Part shown: piece after piece, positions 40,391 to 59,394 of the stretch | How positions within the stretch are numbered: position 1 is the first letter of the stretch | Layout of the letters: each line of letters begins with the position of its first letter | Assembly (NCBI RefSeq): GCF_009914755.1 | Contig: NC_060939.1 | Strand: one strand, 5' to 3' | DNA length: 64,000 nt | Origin: the human T2T-CHM13v2.0 reference genome, Homo sapiens | Program-made: the position numbers and the translations under genes | The notes under the pieces: model-generated | Seen by the model: the letters and a program-made list of their open reading frames with translations, nothing else | Databases searched by the model: none | What the model was told of the DNA's origin: nothing

Positions 40391-40985
40391 GGTTGGCACA
40401 GAGGCTCACGCCTGTAATCCCAGCACTTTAGGAGGCTGAGGTGGGTGGATCACCTGAGGTCAGGAGTTCGAGACCAGCCCAGTCAACATGGTGAAGCCCC
40501 GTCTCTATTAAAAACACACAAAAAATTGGACGGGCACGGTGGCTCATGCTTGCAATCGCAGCACTTTGGGAGGCTGAGGCAGGCAGATCGCCTGAGGTCA
40601 GGAGTTCGAGACCAGCCTGTGTCTACTAAAAATACAAAAAATTAGCTGAGTGTGGTGGTGGGCACCTGTAATCCCAGCTGCTTGGGAGGCTGAGGCAGGG
40701 AGAATCGCTTGAACCTGGTAGGCGGAGGTTGCAGTCAGCTAAGATCATGCCATTGCACTCCAGCCTTGGCAACAGAGCGAGACTTAGTCTCAAACAAACA
40801 AACAAACAAACAAACAAAAAACAAATTAGCTGGGAGTGGTGGCAGGTGCCTGTAGTCCCAGCTACTCCAGAGGCAGGAGAATCGCTTGAATCTAGGAGGC
40901 GGAGGTTGCAGTGAGCCAAGATCACGCCACTGCACTCCAGGCTGGGCAGCAGAGTGAAACTCCATTTCGAAAAAAAAAAAAAAAG
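40391..40985 (+). mobile_element. Alu-in-Alu nest
   Basis: Left monomer (40391-40527), complete inner Alu with (AAAC)n tail (40528-40823), then the outer right monomer. Confidence 0.9.
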
Positions 40986-42535
40986 GTAATGGAACTATAC
41001 ACTAAAAAGGATAGATTATATGATATATAAATTATACCTTAATAAATCTGATCAAAGAAATAGCATCACCAATAATGGGAGAGAAATGACATCATGTGCT
41101 TCCTGATATGATGCAAGGGAAATATCACCTCAATAATATTCTTGCCAAAAAGTAACCTAAATCTACCCATGAGGAAACAATCAAACAATCCAGCCAATGA
41201 GACATTCTGCAGCACAACTGGCCTGGACTCTAAGGGTCAATTTCTTACAAGACAAAAAAAATTGAGGGTCAGGGCAAAGGAGAGGTTACCTGTTCTAAAT
41301 CTTAAAAAGCATTACAACTAATGCAATGGGGAATTTACTTGAATACCAGATTTTTAAATAAAAACTAACTATAAAGGACATTTTGGGGCTTAATTGAATA
41401 TGAGTATATAATAGATGATTTTCTATTGAATCAATATTAAATTCTTATATGTGATAACGGTATTGTGGTTCCTTAGGAGGATATCTTTGTTCTTCGGAGA
41501 TGCATGCCGAAACATACAGTGGTGAAGTATCATGATGCTTGCAAGCTGTTTCCCAATGATTCAATCCAAAAAATATATATGGGGTGAGGGGGAGGCAGAT
41601 ATGACAAAAACATTAATAACTGGTGAATCTTGAAGAAGGTGCTCATATTTTATGTGCTTTCATTACACTAGTCTTTTACATTTATATAGATTTGAAATTT
41701 TTCAAAATAAAATGATGGGGAGAGAAAACAGTTAATTTTTTTAAAGATTTAGACATTTAATTGGCCTAAACTTCAGTTATGTGGAAAATCCATATATTCA
41801 TATAGAACAACTTACTATAGACAAATGAGGGTTTTTTTTTAACATGTTCACCCATTACTTACTTTAAAGAAAATGGTTCAGCTAAGGCTTACCTACTTTT
41901 TTCTTTTTAAAACAGCCTAGGATAATTTGAAATGCTGAAACAATCATTTTCTTGACCTCAACTCCATTATTGAGCCCTGGCTAACTTTGGCTGATGATAT
42001 AAAGCAAAAATATATGCAGCAAAAATTGACTGCCCAAGAGAAATGGACAAATCTGCCATCATAGTGATATGAGTATCCTTCTCTCTGTAATTGACAGATC
42101 AGGCATATGAAAAACAATCAGCAAGTATATAGAAGATTTGGGAGGACAATAATATAGAACATCGTACCCACAAAACTGAAGAAAAGGCTTTTTCAAGCGC
42201 ATAGAGAACATTTATAAAAATTGGCCATGTAGTAAGTCACAAAACAAGTCTCAATAAATTTCAAAGAATCAGTACTGAACAGAAAAAAACCTCTAATCTC
42301 AATATAACTAAGATAGAGATCAATAACAAAAAAGATAACTTTCAAAATCTACAAAATATAAACACATACAAATAATTGATAGGTCAATGCAACATAATAG
42401 TGAAAATTAGGAAAGTCTTAGAACTCTCCATTCCACAAAAACAAAAAAACCTGCAAATCGAAATATATTGAGTTACAGCTAATGAAGGTGCTGAAAAGAA
42501 AATGTATAGCTGTAAATGTTTATAATGGAATCAAA

Positions 42536-42900
42536 GTGTCTTACCCTGGGATTCCCAGAAAGCACAGCCAACTAAGGCATAGCATTGTATTGGAGAGTGA
42601 CCCCAGGGAGCAAGTAAGAACAAGGGAACAAAGCAGGGAAGGAGTGAGAGCAACATGAGGGTGCATTCTGTGTGCTGCCAGAGGTGCTGTGATTCCTGGG
42701 TCCTCACTGAGAAGCAGTACAAAATGCATCTCTAGGTTGTACATGGTGAAGAGAAAAGGAGAGGCAGCATTTATTCATAGCCTTCACGTACCATCAGTTA
42801 GAGGCTTCCCCCAAAGGGAGCAAACTCTTCCACATTTTAGAATTAAGCACCTAGGGCAGGAGGTAAGAGGTTAGTGCCACAGGTCTGAGGCAAGGCACTA
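42536..42900. mobile_element. MLT1-type (ERVL-MaLR) LTR, degenerate
   Basis: tgtcttaccctgggattcccagaaagcacagcc...ttggagagtgaccccagggagcaag. Confidence 0.4.
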
Positions 42901-43408
42901 GCAAGGTTCACTCACACTAAGCTGGCTGGAACCCAGCTGGCACAATCACACAATGGAAATGGAATACAATGAAACTAAATAAACTACAAATTCATCTCAA
43001 ACACATCTCAAAAGTAATGTTGAAACAAAAAAAGTTAACAGAAAAACATGCAGTGTGATTCCATTTATATAAAGGTCTACAACATACCAAGCTAAACAAA
43101 ATATTGTTGTAGTCTCCATACTTAGATGTAAGGCTATAAAGAAAAGCAAATGAGTAACTGATACAAATTCTGGGATATCTGTTATATCTTAAGAGAGAGG
43201 AAAGGATGTAATGGAGGTAGGAGGGGGAATTCAGAGGGTGGGTCTTCAACAGTACTAGAAATATCCTATTTCTAACGCTGAGTGCAGAGGACGCAGGAGT
43301 GTGCTTCAATTTTATTCTTCGAACTTTACACAGCATTTCTGTTCTCAGTTGTAATATACTTCACAACAATAATTTTGAAAAATTGTTTTTAAAAAGATTC
43401 ATGAACTA

Positions 43409-43507
43409 TTAAGTTGGTGCAAAGGTAATTGCAGGTTTTGCCATTAAAAGTAACGGCAAAAACTCCAACGAATAGCAGAAACTGCAATTACTTTTGCACC
43501 AACCTAA
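43409..43507. mobile_element. MADE1 (Hsmar1-derived MITE) with internal extra sequence
   Basis: TA-ttaagttggtgcaaaggtaattgc ... gcaattacttttgcaccaacctaa-TA palindromic termini. Confidence 0.9.
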
Positions 43508-43564
43508 TATCAACACCCTTTCCTTTTCTCAACCTCACACTGAGCAAAAAAAGTATGAGTAATC

Positions 43565-43862
43565 GTCCAGGCACAGTGGCTCATGCTTGTAATCCCAGCA
43601 CTTTGGGAGACTGAGCTGGGCGGATCACGAGGTCAGGAGTTCGAGATCAGCCTGGCCAACACCGTGAAACCCCGTCTCTACTAAAAATACAAAAATTAGT
43701 TGGGCGTGGTGGTGGGCGCCTGTAATCCCAGCTACTTGGGAGTCTGAGGCAGGAGAATTGCTTGATCCCAGGAAGCGGAGGATGGGTGCAGTGAGCCAAG
43801 ATTGTGCCACTGCACTCCAGCCTGGGCAACAGAGCTAGACTCCATCTCAAAAAAAAAAAAAA
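43565..43862 (+). mobile_element. AluS
   Basis: Full dimer, polyA, short TSD gagtaatc. Confidence 0.95.
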
Positions 43863-44154
43863 GAGTAATCACATACATCTAGGACTTTAACTTGCAACTA
43901 GATTTCCTTGCATTTTAAAAACAAAACTCTACAATATCAACCCTAAGTACTGATTTAACTTAATACTACATTCTTTGCGCTTTGGTCCCAGACTGTTTAA
44001 CATAAATGTGAATTGATTCCACTTATTCAGACTTTTCAACTTCTACCATCACTTCTCACTCATGCCTCAAGGTGTACATTGTTCGCATCTCTTGCCCTGC
44101 TCAAATCAAACGTGTTCCCTTTATGTTCCATAAATGATACTGGTTCACACATAA

Positions 44155-44340
44155 CTTTATACACATATATGTTATATATGTATATATAAAAGTTATAGAC
44201 ATGTTATATATGTATATATAAAAGTTATAGACATATGTTATATATGTATATATAAAAGTTATAGACATATGTTATATATATATAAAAGTTATATATATGC
44301 TATATATGTATATATAAGTTATATATACACACATATATGT
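44155..44340. repeat. AT-rich minisatellite (about 31-33-bp unit)
   Basis: Unit about catatgttatatatgtatatataaaagttataga repeated about 4-5 times with decay. Confidence 0.9.
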
Positions 44341-44963
44341 ATAAAATGTAAACATGCATGACATAGGTGTTTATGTCTCATATATCTATAATGGAGCAAT
44401 AATCATATAGTTAAGAATAAAACACCTGTGTGCCTAGAGGAAAAGACCATTTGCTAAAAGCATTTGTTTTACTAAAAGGATTTTTAAAATTACTGCTATA
44501 GGCTATGATACTAAGATAGTGGAAAACATTGCAAAAATTATTAAAATAATTCAGCCTTGAACTTCTAATTTGCAATTTCATTCTTATCAGATTGGAGTAA
44601 TGGTAAAAAGTTGCCAGAAATATGGGTAGCTCTTCTGCTTTGAAATCATAGCCTAGGACCCTGACGGTCCCCCTAGTTGTCTGCAGATAATTGACAGAGC
44701 CCCTTCTCTGAGCCAGGGATGTACTTGGGGCTCCATCGCAATGGGCGAAGGCAGCCCTCGGCAAAGTTTTCCTCAGCTCCAGGATGCTCCTCTCACCCTC
44801 CGATCCATAAAGCCCTAAGAGCCTTGGCCTGTTTCCGGAGAGTGCCCTACACCAAGGAGACTTTCTCCAGAGAGTGAAAAAACGCTGCAACTTACCAATA
44901 CTAAATTCAGTTTTGTCAAGGCCAGCTCTTTGCTGGCACTACTATTATTAAAAGATCAGAGCT

Positions 44964-45305
<342 letters not shown>

Positions 45306-45358
45306 TTACCATCATAAAGCACTATTGTCTCAGGGATACCTGGATTTTAAAAACTGCC

Positions 45359-45770
45359 TGTCTTAAGTTGGGTTCCCCAGAAGCAGATGCTGAGAGGAGA
45401 ATTCAGGAGCAAATGATTTATTAAAGAAGTGCTTCCAGGGGAAACGGGAAAGGGAACTGGAAAGCAGGACAGGGAAAGGTTCGATCTCAGCCAAATCCTA
45501 CAGAGGCAGCTTCAATCTGTTTTTGCAGAGGAGCTCTAGAGGATGAGTTATGCCTCAGAGTCTGTCCAGAGCTTAGGCAAGGGAACCAGGATCCAGACCC
45601 AGACACCACTCAGTCGTTGGCTGAGGGCTGCAGGGATGGAATGTCCCAGGCATTTCTGACTCTCCATATCCATGTGATCAAATGACCCCAGCAACTCAAA
45701 GCAGTCCTCCAAAGAAGAGTTACACATACCAGTAGTAAAAGCACACCAAGGCTGGGGAGGGGCACATCAT
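45359..45770. mobile_element. MLT1-type (ERVL-MaLR) LTR, degenerate
   Basis: tgtcttaagttgggttccccagaagcagatgctgaga...gatttattaaagaagtgcttccagg. Confidence 0.55.
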
Positions 45771-46917
45771 CACGTGGATCCCCAGAGGTGTCCCACCTGT
45801 CCATCAGGGGCTTTACCTGGAAAGGATAGATGGTGCGAGAATTCAAGGTGATGGAGCAGGTGCAGATGCTTGGGGTTCAGTTGAACCAGCCAGGACCCTG
45901 ACGAGCCTGTGCCTGGCCAGCCTGCCGTCTCTTAGTTATGATGCTGTTCGTGCCTCTTGATTCGCTCTCTGGCTTTCCCCTCAAGGCCTTTGGCATGGAT
46001 GCCTAAAACCAAAGCTCCCTGAGTTGTTCAGCCCTCCTGCCAGGACGACTGAGACAGAATTCACCTCCAAACCTGGAAAGTGTATGTGGTCTAAGTCTGG
46101 TCGACTTGGTTAAAGTTTATCAGGTTTCAAACTCTGTTTGGAATCGCAGGATCAGAGAACCTAAGAAAACTAAGTGACCATATTTTAGACAGAGACGTAT
46201 CATCCACCTTAACATCTCTATGAGTTCTCTTAATTCACTGGTGCTAAATGATGTCAAAAAATCCAGGCTCTCCTCACCTTCAGCCTTTCCTCTGCCGCCA
46301 ACTCCCCGTCATTTTTGCTTCCCTTTCCCCCTCCTCCCTGTTTTTGCATTTCTGACCCCACTGTCCTTCTCCCAGCTGGATGGCCAGTTGTTGGAGCTGG
46401 CACAACTGTGACACAGGTGAAGCCACCTGTTTTCTGCCAGGCCTTTCTCTCCCACCTCCAGCAGCTGTTAGCTGGGCATTTCAAAGGCCCATTGAAAGGA
46501 AGGGAAACAGGAGAGGGCAAAGCAGGCTCTGCCAGGCCAGCCAGAGTGCTGGCCAGCAGCCGTCATCAGCCTGTGCTGGAAAAACAGATTGGGAATTTTC
46601 AGCCAAATCCAAATCATGGCTCCTATTAAGAATCATCCAGACTCAAATTCCAAGTTATGTTTGCATCTCTGGAGCCACAGGGTAAGCTAAGCCTGTTTAC
46701 ACATGAACAAACAGAAATTTTTTAAAAGATCCTCTTTCTTTTATAGCTGATTTAACTTTAGCATTAAAAAGAAAAAAAGCAAGCAAGCAAACTTTTCTGT
46801 GAGCCATGGTTCTATACCGTTCACTAGAAATATAAAGGGTTCCTGGGATGTGCATGGAGGCTGGCTCGGGTTCCCCTCCATATTCAGGAGGCCATTTGGC
46901 ACACAGAACATTGCATC

Positions 46918-46977
46918 ATGTTGATGCAAAAGTAATTGCGGTTTTTGCAATTACTTTCAATTTTGCACCAACTTAAT
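46918..46977. mobile_element. MADE1 internally deleted copy
   Basis: gttgatgcaaaagtaattgcggtttttgcaattactttcaattttgcaccaacttaata. Confidence 0.85.
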
Positions 46978-47127
46978 ATTACTCCAGTTATTATCCTGCA
47001 GCTTAAAGCATAAAGACATATGCTATGCTTTTTAAAATTTCCTTGTGGACTTTGGTTATTTTTACTTAGCAGGTTAAGGTGAGTGTTGCATTTAAATATA
47101 AACGTGGAAAGCATTAAAGAATTCCTT

Positions 47128-47730
<603 letters not shown>

Positions 47731-47743
47731 ATTCCTTAATCCA

Positions 47744-48057
<314 letters not shown>

Positions 48058-48647
48058 TTAATCCCTGGACATTTTGTGAGGAAAAGCAGTTTCTAGGGGA
48101 GATGCTGTCAATAATATTGTGCTGCCAGCATTGGCTAAAGAAGCCACATACTCACTATTTATGCAACTTATATTGCATAAGGAAATGTTTATGAAATTAA
48201 AAAACCAAGCCAAATATGGCATAGAGTGAAATGTGTATTCATTGTTACAATTCCTTTAATCCAAAAAACAGCAATAGCTATTTAGGGATAGTGATAAAAT
48301 TATGTGTGCATGTGTGTATGTTAAGCAGTGGATTAAAGAAAATAATTCTTGCAAAATGCCTGGTCAATAATAAGTTCTAAAATATGGCAATTTACTATTG
48401 ATAAACAGGAAAAAAAAATCCCATGATCAACTAAATTTTGGAAAGTTTTATTTAAACAAAATTAAGCAGGTACCTTTACTGCAAGCTCTCAGAGCCACTT
48501 ATATGCTAATAGCTTTGTGACTTGCCAAGAGAAATAGTAAAATACACTCTAAATCCCAGACTTACATGAACACAGAATCCCTCTTTCTTCCCTAAGTAAA
48601 GACCAGAGTTCTACAAAAGCATTTTGGAAAACTCCTATTCACACTAA

Positions 48648-49214
<567 letters not shown>

Positions 49215-49871
49215 TAACACATATGTACATATAACCCAAATATGTATATCTCCATATTTAAACAGGGTACCAATATAAGTTTTTCTTCTGAATGGCTTAC
49301 TGATGGGTACCTTGCTAGATATCTCAGAGAGGATCTACTACAGGCAACTCATTACTACAGTGTTGAAAAGGCTGAAAGAACAAAAGGGGAAGATGAGATA
49401 ACCCACATATTAGGAATGTGAGGAAATACTATCTCTCCTGGGGCTGTGGAATAAAAGGAGGGGAAAGGGTTACCAGGCGTATCCTCTGTACTCTGCTGCT
49501 GGGTTGTCCTGCACTGTCTTGGGTGCACCAGGGAGCAGCCACAGACTAATGCTGAAACTGCCAAATGCTGCAAGCCCTGAGCACCAGCGCGCGGACCTGA
49601 GGAATCCCCATCCCCCTGTCCCAGCGCCTCAGAAGCCTGAAGCAAGCTCTCCTCTGCCTGACTCCCAGTCTCCTGTCAGGGCTTCCCAGGGAGGAACCTA
49701 ACAGAAAGCCATCTGACAAGAGTGTATGGGAAATGAAATTTCCAGCTTCCTAAAATACACCTCAGGGAACAGAAGGGAAGGAACAGAAGCTAAGGACCCA
49801 CAAAGGACCAGTATATTGGCAGAAAGATATTTAAAAAGCAATCATATATGTAAATTTTAAAATAAAGTCAT

Positions 49872-50177
49872 TTCTTTTTCTTTTTTTTTCTTTTTTGAGA
49901 CACAGTCTAGCTCTGTCGCCCGGGCTGGAGTGCAGTGGCACCATCTCGGCTCACTGCAACCTCCGCCTCCCAAGTTCAAGCACTTCTTCTGCCTCGGTCT
50001 CCCAAGTAGCTGGGATTACAGGCACCTGCCACCACGCCCAGCTAATTTCTGTATTTTAGTAGAATCAGTGTTTCACCGTGTTGGCCAGGTTGGTCTCGAA
50101 CTCCTGACCTCAGGTGATCCGCCCTCCTCAGCCAGCCAAAGTGCCGGGATTACAGGCGTGAGCCACCACGCACAGCC
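49872..50177 (-). mobile_element. AluSx-like
   Basis: Reverse dimer; TSD aataaa(g/c)tcatttctttt. Confidence 0.95.
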
Positions 50178-52754
50178 AGAATAAACTCATTTCTTTTTCC
50201 TCGTACAATCGAGAGAGAAACTGGTTTCTTTTAACTTTGCAAATTTGAATTAATAATGAAGACACTAAATTAGCACTGAACTAAGGTAATTTGGGGGAAA
50301 TAAGGACTTTTTTTAAAAAGAAAATTCTTTCAACTCAGTTTTGAAGGAATGAGAACATGAAATAAAATTTTCATAATTTATAGACTTAAATTTCTCTAAA
50401 ATATGTGTACTTGATTTGGCCAGGCATGAAATTTTAATTAGTGCTAAGTACATCATCTCATGTCACTCCCTTTTTAAAAATGTTTTTGCTTTTTGCAAAT
50501 TTCACTCCTTGCTCAGGTTCTCAGGGCTATTAATATTCACCCCTGGGCTCTTCACATGGCAAACACTGCAGCCTGGTCGACTGTGCTGTACACGTGCTCA
50601 GTAACTAAGACTACAACTCAGTTGCAGCACAGTGAAACTTGTGGCTCTAAATGATGAGCCTGAAGCCCTCAAATTCCTGAGCTGCTTTTGAAATTATTAA
50701 AGAACGATTGAATTGCGTCTGGTTAAATTTTTTGCATAACATTTCCCAAAATATAGTCTACAAAACTCAAGTTCCTTAGGCTATTAACAGAGTACTTTAG
50801 TACGGTTTCTTTGATCTAGTAAGTCTCGGAAAAATGGTTTAAACCAGTGCTTTTCGAACTCCCTGTGGTAAAGGACCAGTTTTTTGTTTTAATTTTCAAT
50901 TTGTCTCAGACCAATTTTTTTGCAAAATACAATAAAACTAATTTTTGAATAAATGAAATGTTAAAAAACAAAAAGAAATACTACCCCAGCTTTTTAAATT
51001 AGTAGTGTCAACAAGCATTAAATTATTCTAATTTCTCTAAACTTTCTAAATGCTTACCTAGTTCATTTCAGTACTTGTCACAGACCAACAAAAACAATTC
51101 AAACATTCAGTTGAATAAGTTTTCATACCACACTTTACATTGAAACAAAATGTAAATGTTTCATTACTAAAGTACTTCTCCAATATTTTAATTTGCTAAT
51201 GGGCACTGGAAATTTATAAGAGATAGATACCACTTGCAACATAAAGGATATTTGTTCAATTAAATAAAGGCAGAACCTCTTCTTTTGGTTGGTTGGTTTT
51301 ACCAGCACATCCTATGGAATCTCTGTTGCATATAACAGGCTTTGAGAAACACTTTTTAGTATGTTTTGTTAAACTCTAATTCTCTAAAAATTGTAGCTCC
51401 ACACATGTTGCATAGGTTAAGTTTCCTTCCCAGCACACCTGTATTTTCAGGGAATTCCAAATTAGAGAGAGAGAAAGAGAGAGAGAGGAAGGAGGAGGAG
51501 GGAGGGAAGGAAAGAAGAAAAAAAGGGAGAGAGTATTATCTTGCATAAGCAGGTATTAATATATGTATGTGTAACTGATAAAAAGAGCCTAAGGGTTAAA
51601 AATCTTTCAAAAGTTGCTTCTGTCTTAGACAATTTTCTTTCTTAAATTTTCTTTCTTTTTTAAATTTTGAAAAGTCATTGCCATATATCCAGACAAGTGG
51701 TGCTCACCATGGAACCCACTTGTGTTTTGGAGGGAGCTGCCCTGCCAGCCCCAGGAAAGTACTCATTCATAAGGAGGGGAGGCTCGTAGGCTGATCCCTC
51801 AGGCTGTGACATTCACAAGGTTAAACGTGGGGGCGGCTAGCAAGCCAGGCTTGAGTATGCTTTCTATTATACTTCCCTAGGCAACAGGGTGGGTTCCTGT
51901 GCTATCCTCTCTTCTAACTTCCCACCACTGAGACCTCAGCGACGATGGCAGCTGCTGACATCACCACAAAACACGGCCTTCTTGCCATCCCTTGTAGTCT
52001 GTGGATTCCTAAAGATACACAAAGAAGGTGTAGGCGGGAATGTCAAAGCCTCCTCAGCGGGAATATTTAAGGATGCAGACGGTTGGAGAACTCACGTGCC
52101 TTGGATTGCCTCTACCAATTGGTACAGGGCACCCAGTCTGCATGCCAGTCCCAGAGCCCTTGGACTGAGAAGTTCTGGGTTCCAGCAGCCTTAATGCTGT
52201 GTCTCCTTGGACAACTTAATCAACCTCTGTAGACCACAGTTCTTCCTCTGTAAAATAATACTAGACGACCACTATGGCTCTTTTCAGGATATAATTATGT
52301 AACCTTAAATAAAGAAATAGGCCTAAGGCAAATATAAGATTATAAAAGTATCTACACTACAATCTACTGTTATACATAGATTGATAGGCCTAATTTGCAC
52401 ATTCTTAATTATGTGGATAATTCACAATGAAAGTATGTATTTGAGGCAAATGTGAAAGTGGAGATTCCACGAAGAGCCATCTTTTATATAGAATTAAGTT
52501 GACAAGTGACTGTTGATGTGACTTCATAACCCAGGAAGGTCTCCTTACACAAAACAAATACATTGCACAACTGTTTGCTGAGGCTCTAAGCTCTGTTCAT
52601 AGCACACACAACCTCTCATTTCCCAGAGATCAGGATGGAATCATGCTACGATGAAGTGCCTGAAAGACAATCTTCCCTGAGAGAAGATTTTATCGTGGGT
52701 CCCAGCTCAGAAAGTACCTAGTTAGGCAAATTAATATGACCTAAGCTCTCAGTA

Positions 52755-52890
52755 CTCAATAAGCCATCCAAAGACCAGCAGCATCAGCATCTATTAGGAG
52801 CATGTTAGAAATGCAGACTCTCATGCCCAACCCCAGACCTACTGAATTGGAATCTGCATTTTTACCGGACCTTAAAGTTTGAGAAGCCCA
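52755..52890. mobile_element. MER5A fragment
   Basis: accagcagcatcagcatc...gttagaaatgcagactctcatgcccaaccccagacctactgaattggaatctgcatttt. Confidence 0.75.
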
Positions 52891-54134
52891 GAGCTAACAG
52901 GAAACTGCATTCTGAGTGCTTTGTGCATACAATTGTGAATAAATATGAATTACTCAGCCTTGAGGGCTTCTGGTAAATCAAATTGAGGCTGGTTTGGGTG
53001 CAAGCCAGTAAATCTGAGAGGGGAAAACTACAGCAAGGGAACCTGAGTGTGGACAGACATAATTTATCTGCTACATTTGCATAGAATTGGATTACCTCTT
53101 TGTTATTTTTCCTCAATTTGATTTTTTAAATGGAGCCATTATGATCCAGGTCTAAGGGATTCAGAGTCATCCACCAAAGTGGTGCTGAGAATTAAGAAAG
53201 TGCCTGCCTCTTCCCTTTTAACATTTCGCCCGCTTTTAGGGGGAAGGGAGGTATATACATTCCCAACTTGCCCAGATCAGGGGTCCTTAACGAGTGGTCT
53301 GTGATCTGGCCGTGGCATGGTGGGAGACGTCACATCTCCAGTGTCCAACTACCCTGGGTTGTAATCTAAAGTCTGCACTTTGCCAGCCATGTAGTTTCAG
53401 GCAATTTCATCTCTAAGAGTCTTCATTTCATCTGTGGTAAAATGAGAATACTGATACTTACACTGTCCTCACAAGCAATTCAAAGATATAGAGAATCTAA
53501 AGCACCTACCTGGGATTAGGCAATCATGCTCATGTAGCAAATGTGAATGTCTTTTCCAGTTCCAGTGTACCAGGGCGCTTTAGCCCAACCACCCTCTTCC
53601 AAAGCCCCACTCCCACCAGCTCCTCGTCCAGTGGTTTGACGAACGTATATTTAGGGCCTTGGGTGAGCCAGGCAAATTAATAAATAACAGAGCCTTCCCT
53701 GTGGAGGTCTTCATCCAGTAAGAGGTTCATATGGAGTTCAATGATTCTGAGACTTTCAGATTTCACAAGTCATTAAAATTACAAAAATAATTTAGGGCAG
53801 TGATAGAGGGTTGCCAACTTTTGTGTGTGTGCGATTGTTGAGAAAATTGTTTTGAAACTTTCATTGTTTCTAAAAGAAAAGCCTATTTTAACATCAAAAA
53901 AGTAGGATATTATTGAAGGGAACCCTTTTTATAAGAATGAATGAATTTAACTCTTTGAAAAATATTGCATTGTGCTTTTTTTTTTAAATCTCAATGTAAA
54001 GAAATGAAAATCTCTTCATGAGCCTGTGGCATTTGGTACCCACTCCTTTTTAAAACGGCAGAAGGGTAAGGGGATAATTTTATCTAGAAGTTGCCAGAAA
54101 GTCTTGAGGCCTGAAGTTTGCTGATCATATCTAA

Positions 54135-54466
<332 letters not shown>

Positions 54467-54671
54467 GAATATGTTTTATTTGCATAAAACAATGCTTTCT
54501 GTAGGTCCTGGTTATAGTTGGGCTTTGGGAGGGAGCTGAAGACTCTAGCAGATATTAACCAATGAAATTGTTTTATTTAATACACTTAGCAAATATATGT
54601 TTCTAAAAGAACTGAAAGGAACCAGATCCATATGTAGGCAGATGCTATTGCGAGTTGAGTGTGATTATAGA

Positions 54672-54980
<309 letters not shown>

Positions 54981-55178
54981 TACAGATTATTTTTATGTAC
55001 TTTGAACTTTTCACTACTTTCCACCTTTCCCCCAAGAATATGTATTATTTATACAATAAGAAAAAAGGAGTTATCTTGAAAAAAAACAAGAGTGTAAAAA
55101 TTCTGGACTATGGGTCTGGGGATCCCTGGAATTGTGCAGTATATTACCTGTCCAGCCATATGCAATGTGCCTGCATGA

Positions 55179-55574
<396 letters not shown>

Positions 55575-56678
55575 TAATTGATTAATTTTGGAAATGTTTG
55601 GGATACTCAAAGGGGAATTCCTGCATAGTGAGGTTTACCTCATTTTCTACGTACCCTTGTGAAACCCCACCCAACCCTCCCCATCTTTGGGCCTTGAGAG
55701 TCTCCTCCTGTGGCCACCTGACTGGGTAGCAGGTGCCACCCCAATTAGACAGGGTAGAAGATGTGATTATCTTATCTGGCAGTGTGGCCTGGCCTGGCTT
55801 GATTGTTACAATTAGGGTTACAAATCACAAATCAAAACAAAGGTCACTTCAAAAGTCCAGTGCTAACCAAAGCATGATGCTATATGAGAAAGTTAGGTGA
55901 AAAAGAAAAAGAGCTTTTCAAAACCAGGCCACAGATGACTGAGTGGACAGAACTCTGGGGCCTTCTGGGGCCTGTCTCAGGTCTTTAAGGTAAGCTGAAC
56001 ATTACTACTCATTAGTAAATTTTGAGATGAAAGCTTTTTTGCTCACCTGATTACCATTTTTTCCAAAGCATCTGCTTCTGGGAGAAGATTAATTAGTTGA
56101 CTATTCCTGAAGGATGGATTTGAGGAGCTCAAAGGCCTGCAAAATGTAATGGAGAGAGAACCAAACTGTGGAAATGTTCTCTTTGGAGGAATGAAGATGA
56201 GAATGCGTTGTAGGAACATCACTATGAGTAAGCTTTGCATTGATTTGCTTTCTTTTGTTTCAGAAAAAAGAGGCCCCTACCAGGATACAAATACTTAACT
56301 TATACTGTATTTTATTAGCCTTCTCGTTGCAGGACTTATACCTAAAAATGTTCTCTCTCTCTTTGGATAAACACCTCGGAGTGGTATTCTATCTAAGACT
56401 AGATGCACAGACCTTTTAGATACTTAGTATGAAAAACACAAAACTCAAGGATGGCTTCCTTATGTGCACCTCAAATGTTTCCTCATTTTGATTCACCAGA
56501 ACTTTTCCTTATAAATTTAAATAACTCAACCAACAAATATATATTGAAAGTCTGTGCAAGTTTACCCTACGCCTGTGCAGACACCTTGGGCTCAGAAACC
56601 CGGCTTGCCAGTGTCCCTGTCCCTAGCCCATGGGACTCTGCTCCTCCACCACTTTTCTTTTCCTTTTTGAAACATTGT

Positions 56679-56968
<290 letters not shown>

Positions 56969-57085
56969 TTGTCATAGCATTTATGTTGTAATTTGATAAC
57001 TACATATATTTGGTAGAAATTTTAGAAAATGTAGGAAATTTTAAATTATTCCTAAGTTCAACATTCAGAAATAATTGCTATTAGT

Positions 57086-58988
<1,903 letters not shown>

Positions 58989-59394
58989 TGAAATGATTCT
59001 TACAATGCATGCCAATCACATTTCATCCAAATATTGCTTGACACTTAGCTAAGCATTTCCATATACAATGGCCTTCAAAATGATCAACTGAGCCCACTCT
59101 ATGGGTCATCAGGACCACCATGGGTTACTCTGTACTACACCAGACATAGACATGTGTCTGGAGGGGATCTGGATGCTGCAGGGAGGCCTCCATCAGGGCC
59201 TCAGGGCTCTTCTGAGAGACAATGCCTTTCACCCCATTCCCCACTAATGAATAAATTTGTGGCTGCGATGTTGGCCTCTTCTACTCTAAATCAAAGGGAA
59301 GCCCTTGTGTTTCCTATATGGCTGTGGATGGAGCTCCATGTTAGAGTAAGTAAATGATTTTCTACCATGTTCTGGAGAAGTCCTCATTCCAGTT

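Noticed and set aside
44155-44340. Periodic about 33-bp repeats as a CRISPR-like array
   Set aside because: No unique spacers; low-complexity tandem repeat in a primate genome
44411-44890. 159-aa minus-strand ORF
   Set aside because: Starts at a non-ATG codon, no recognisable domain, no supporting exon structure; probably chance
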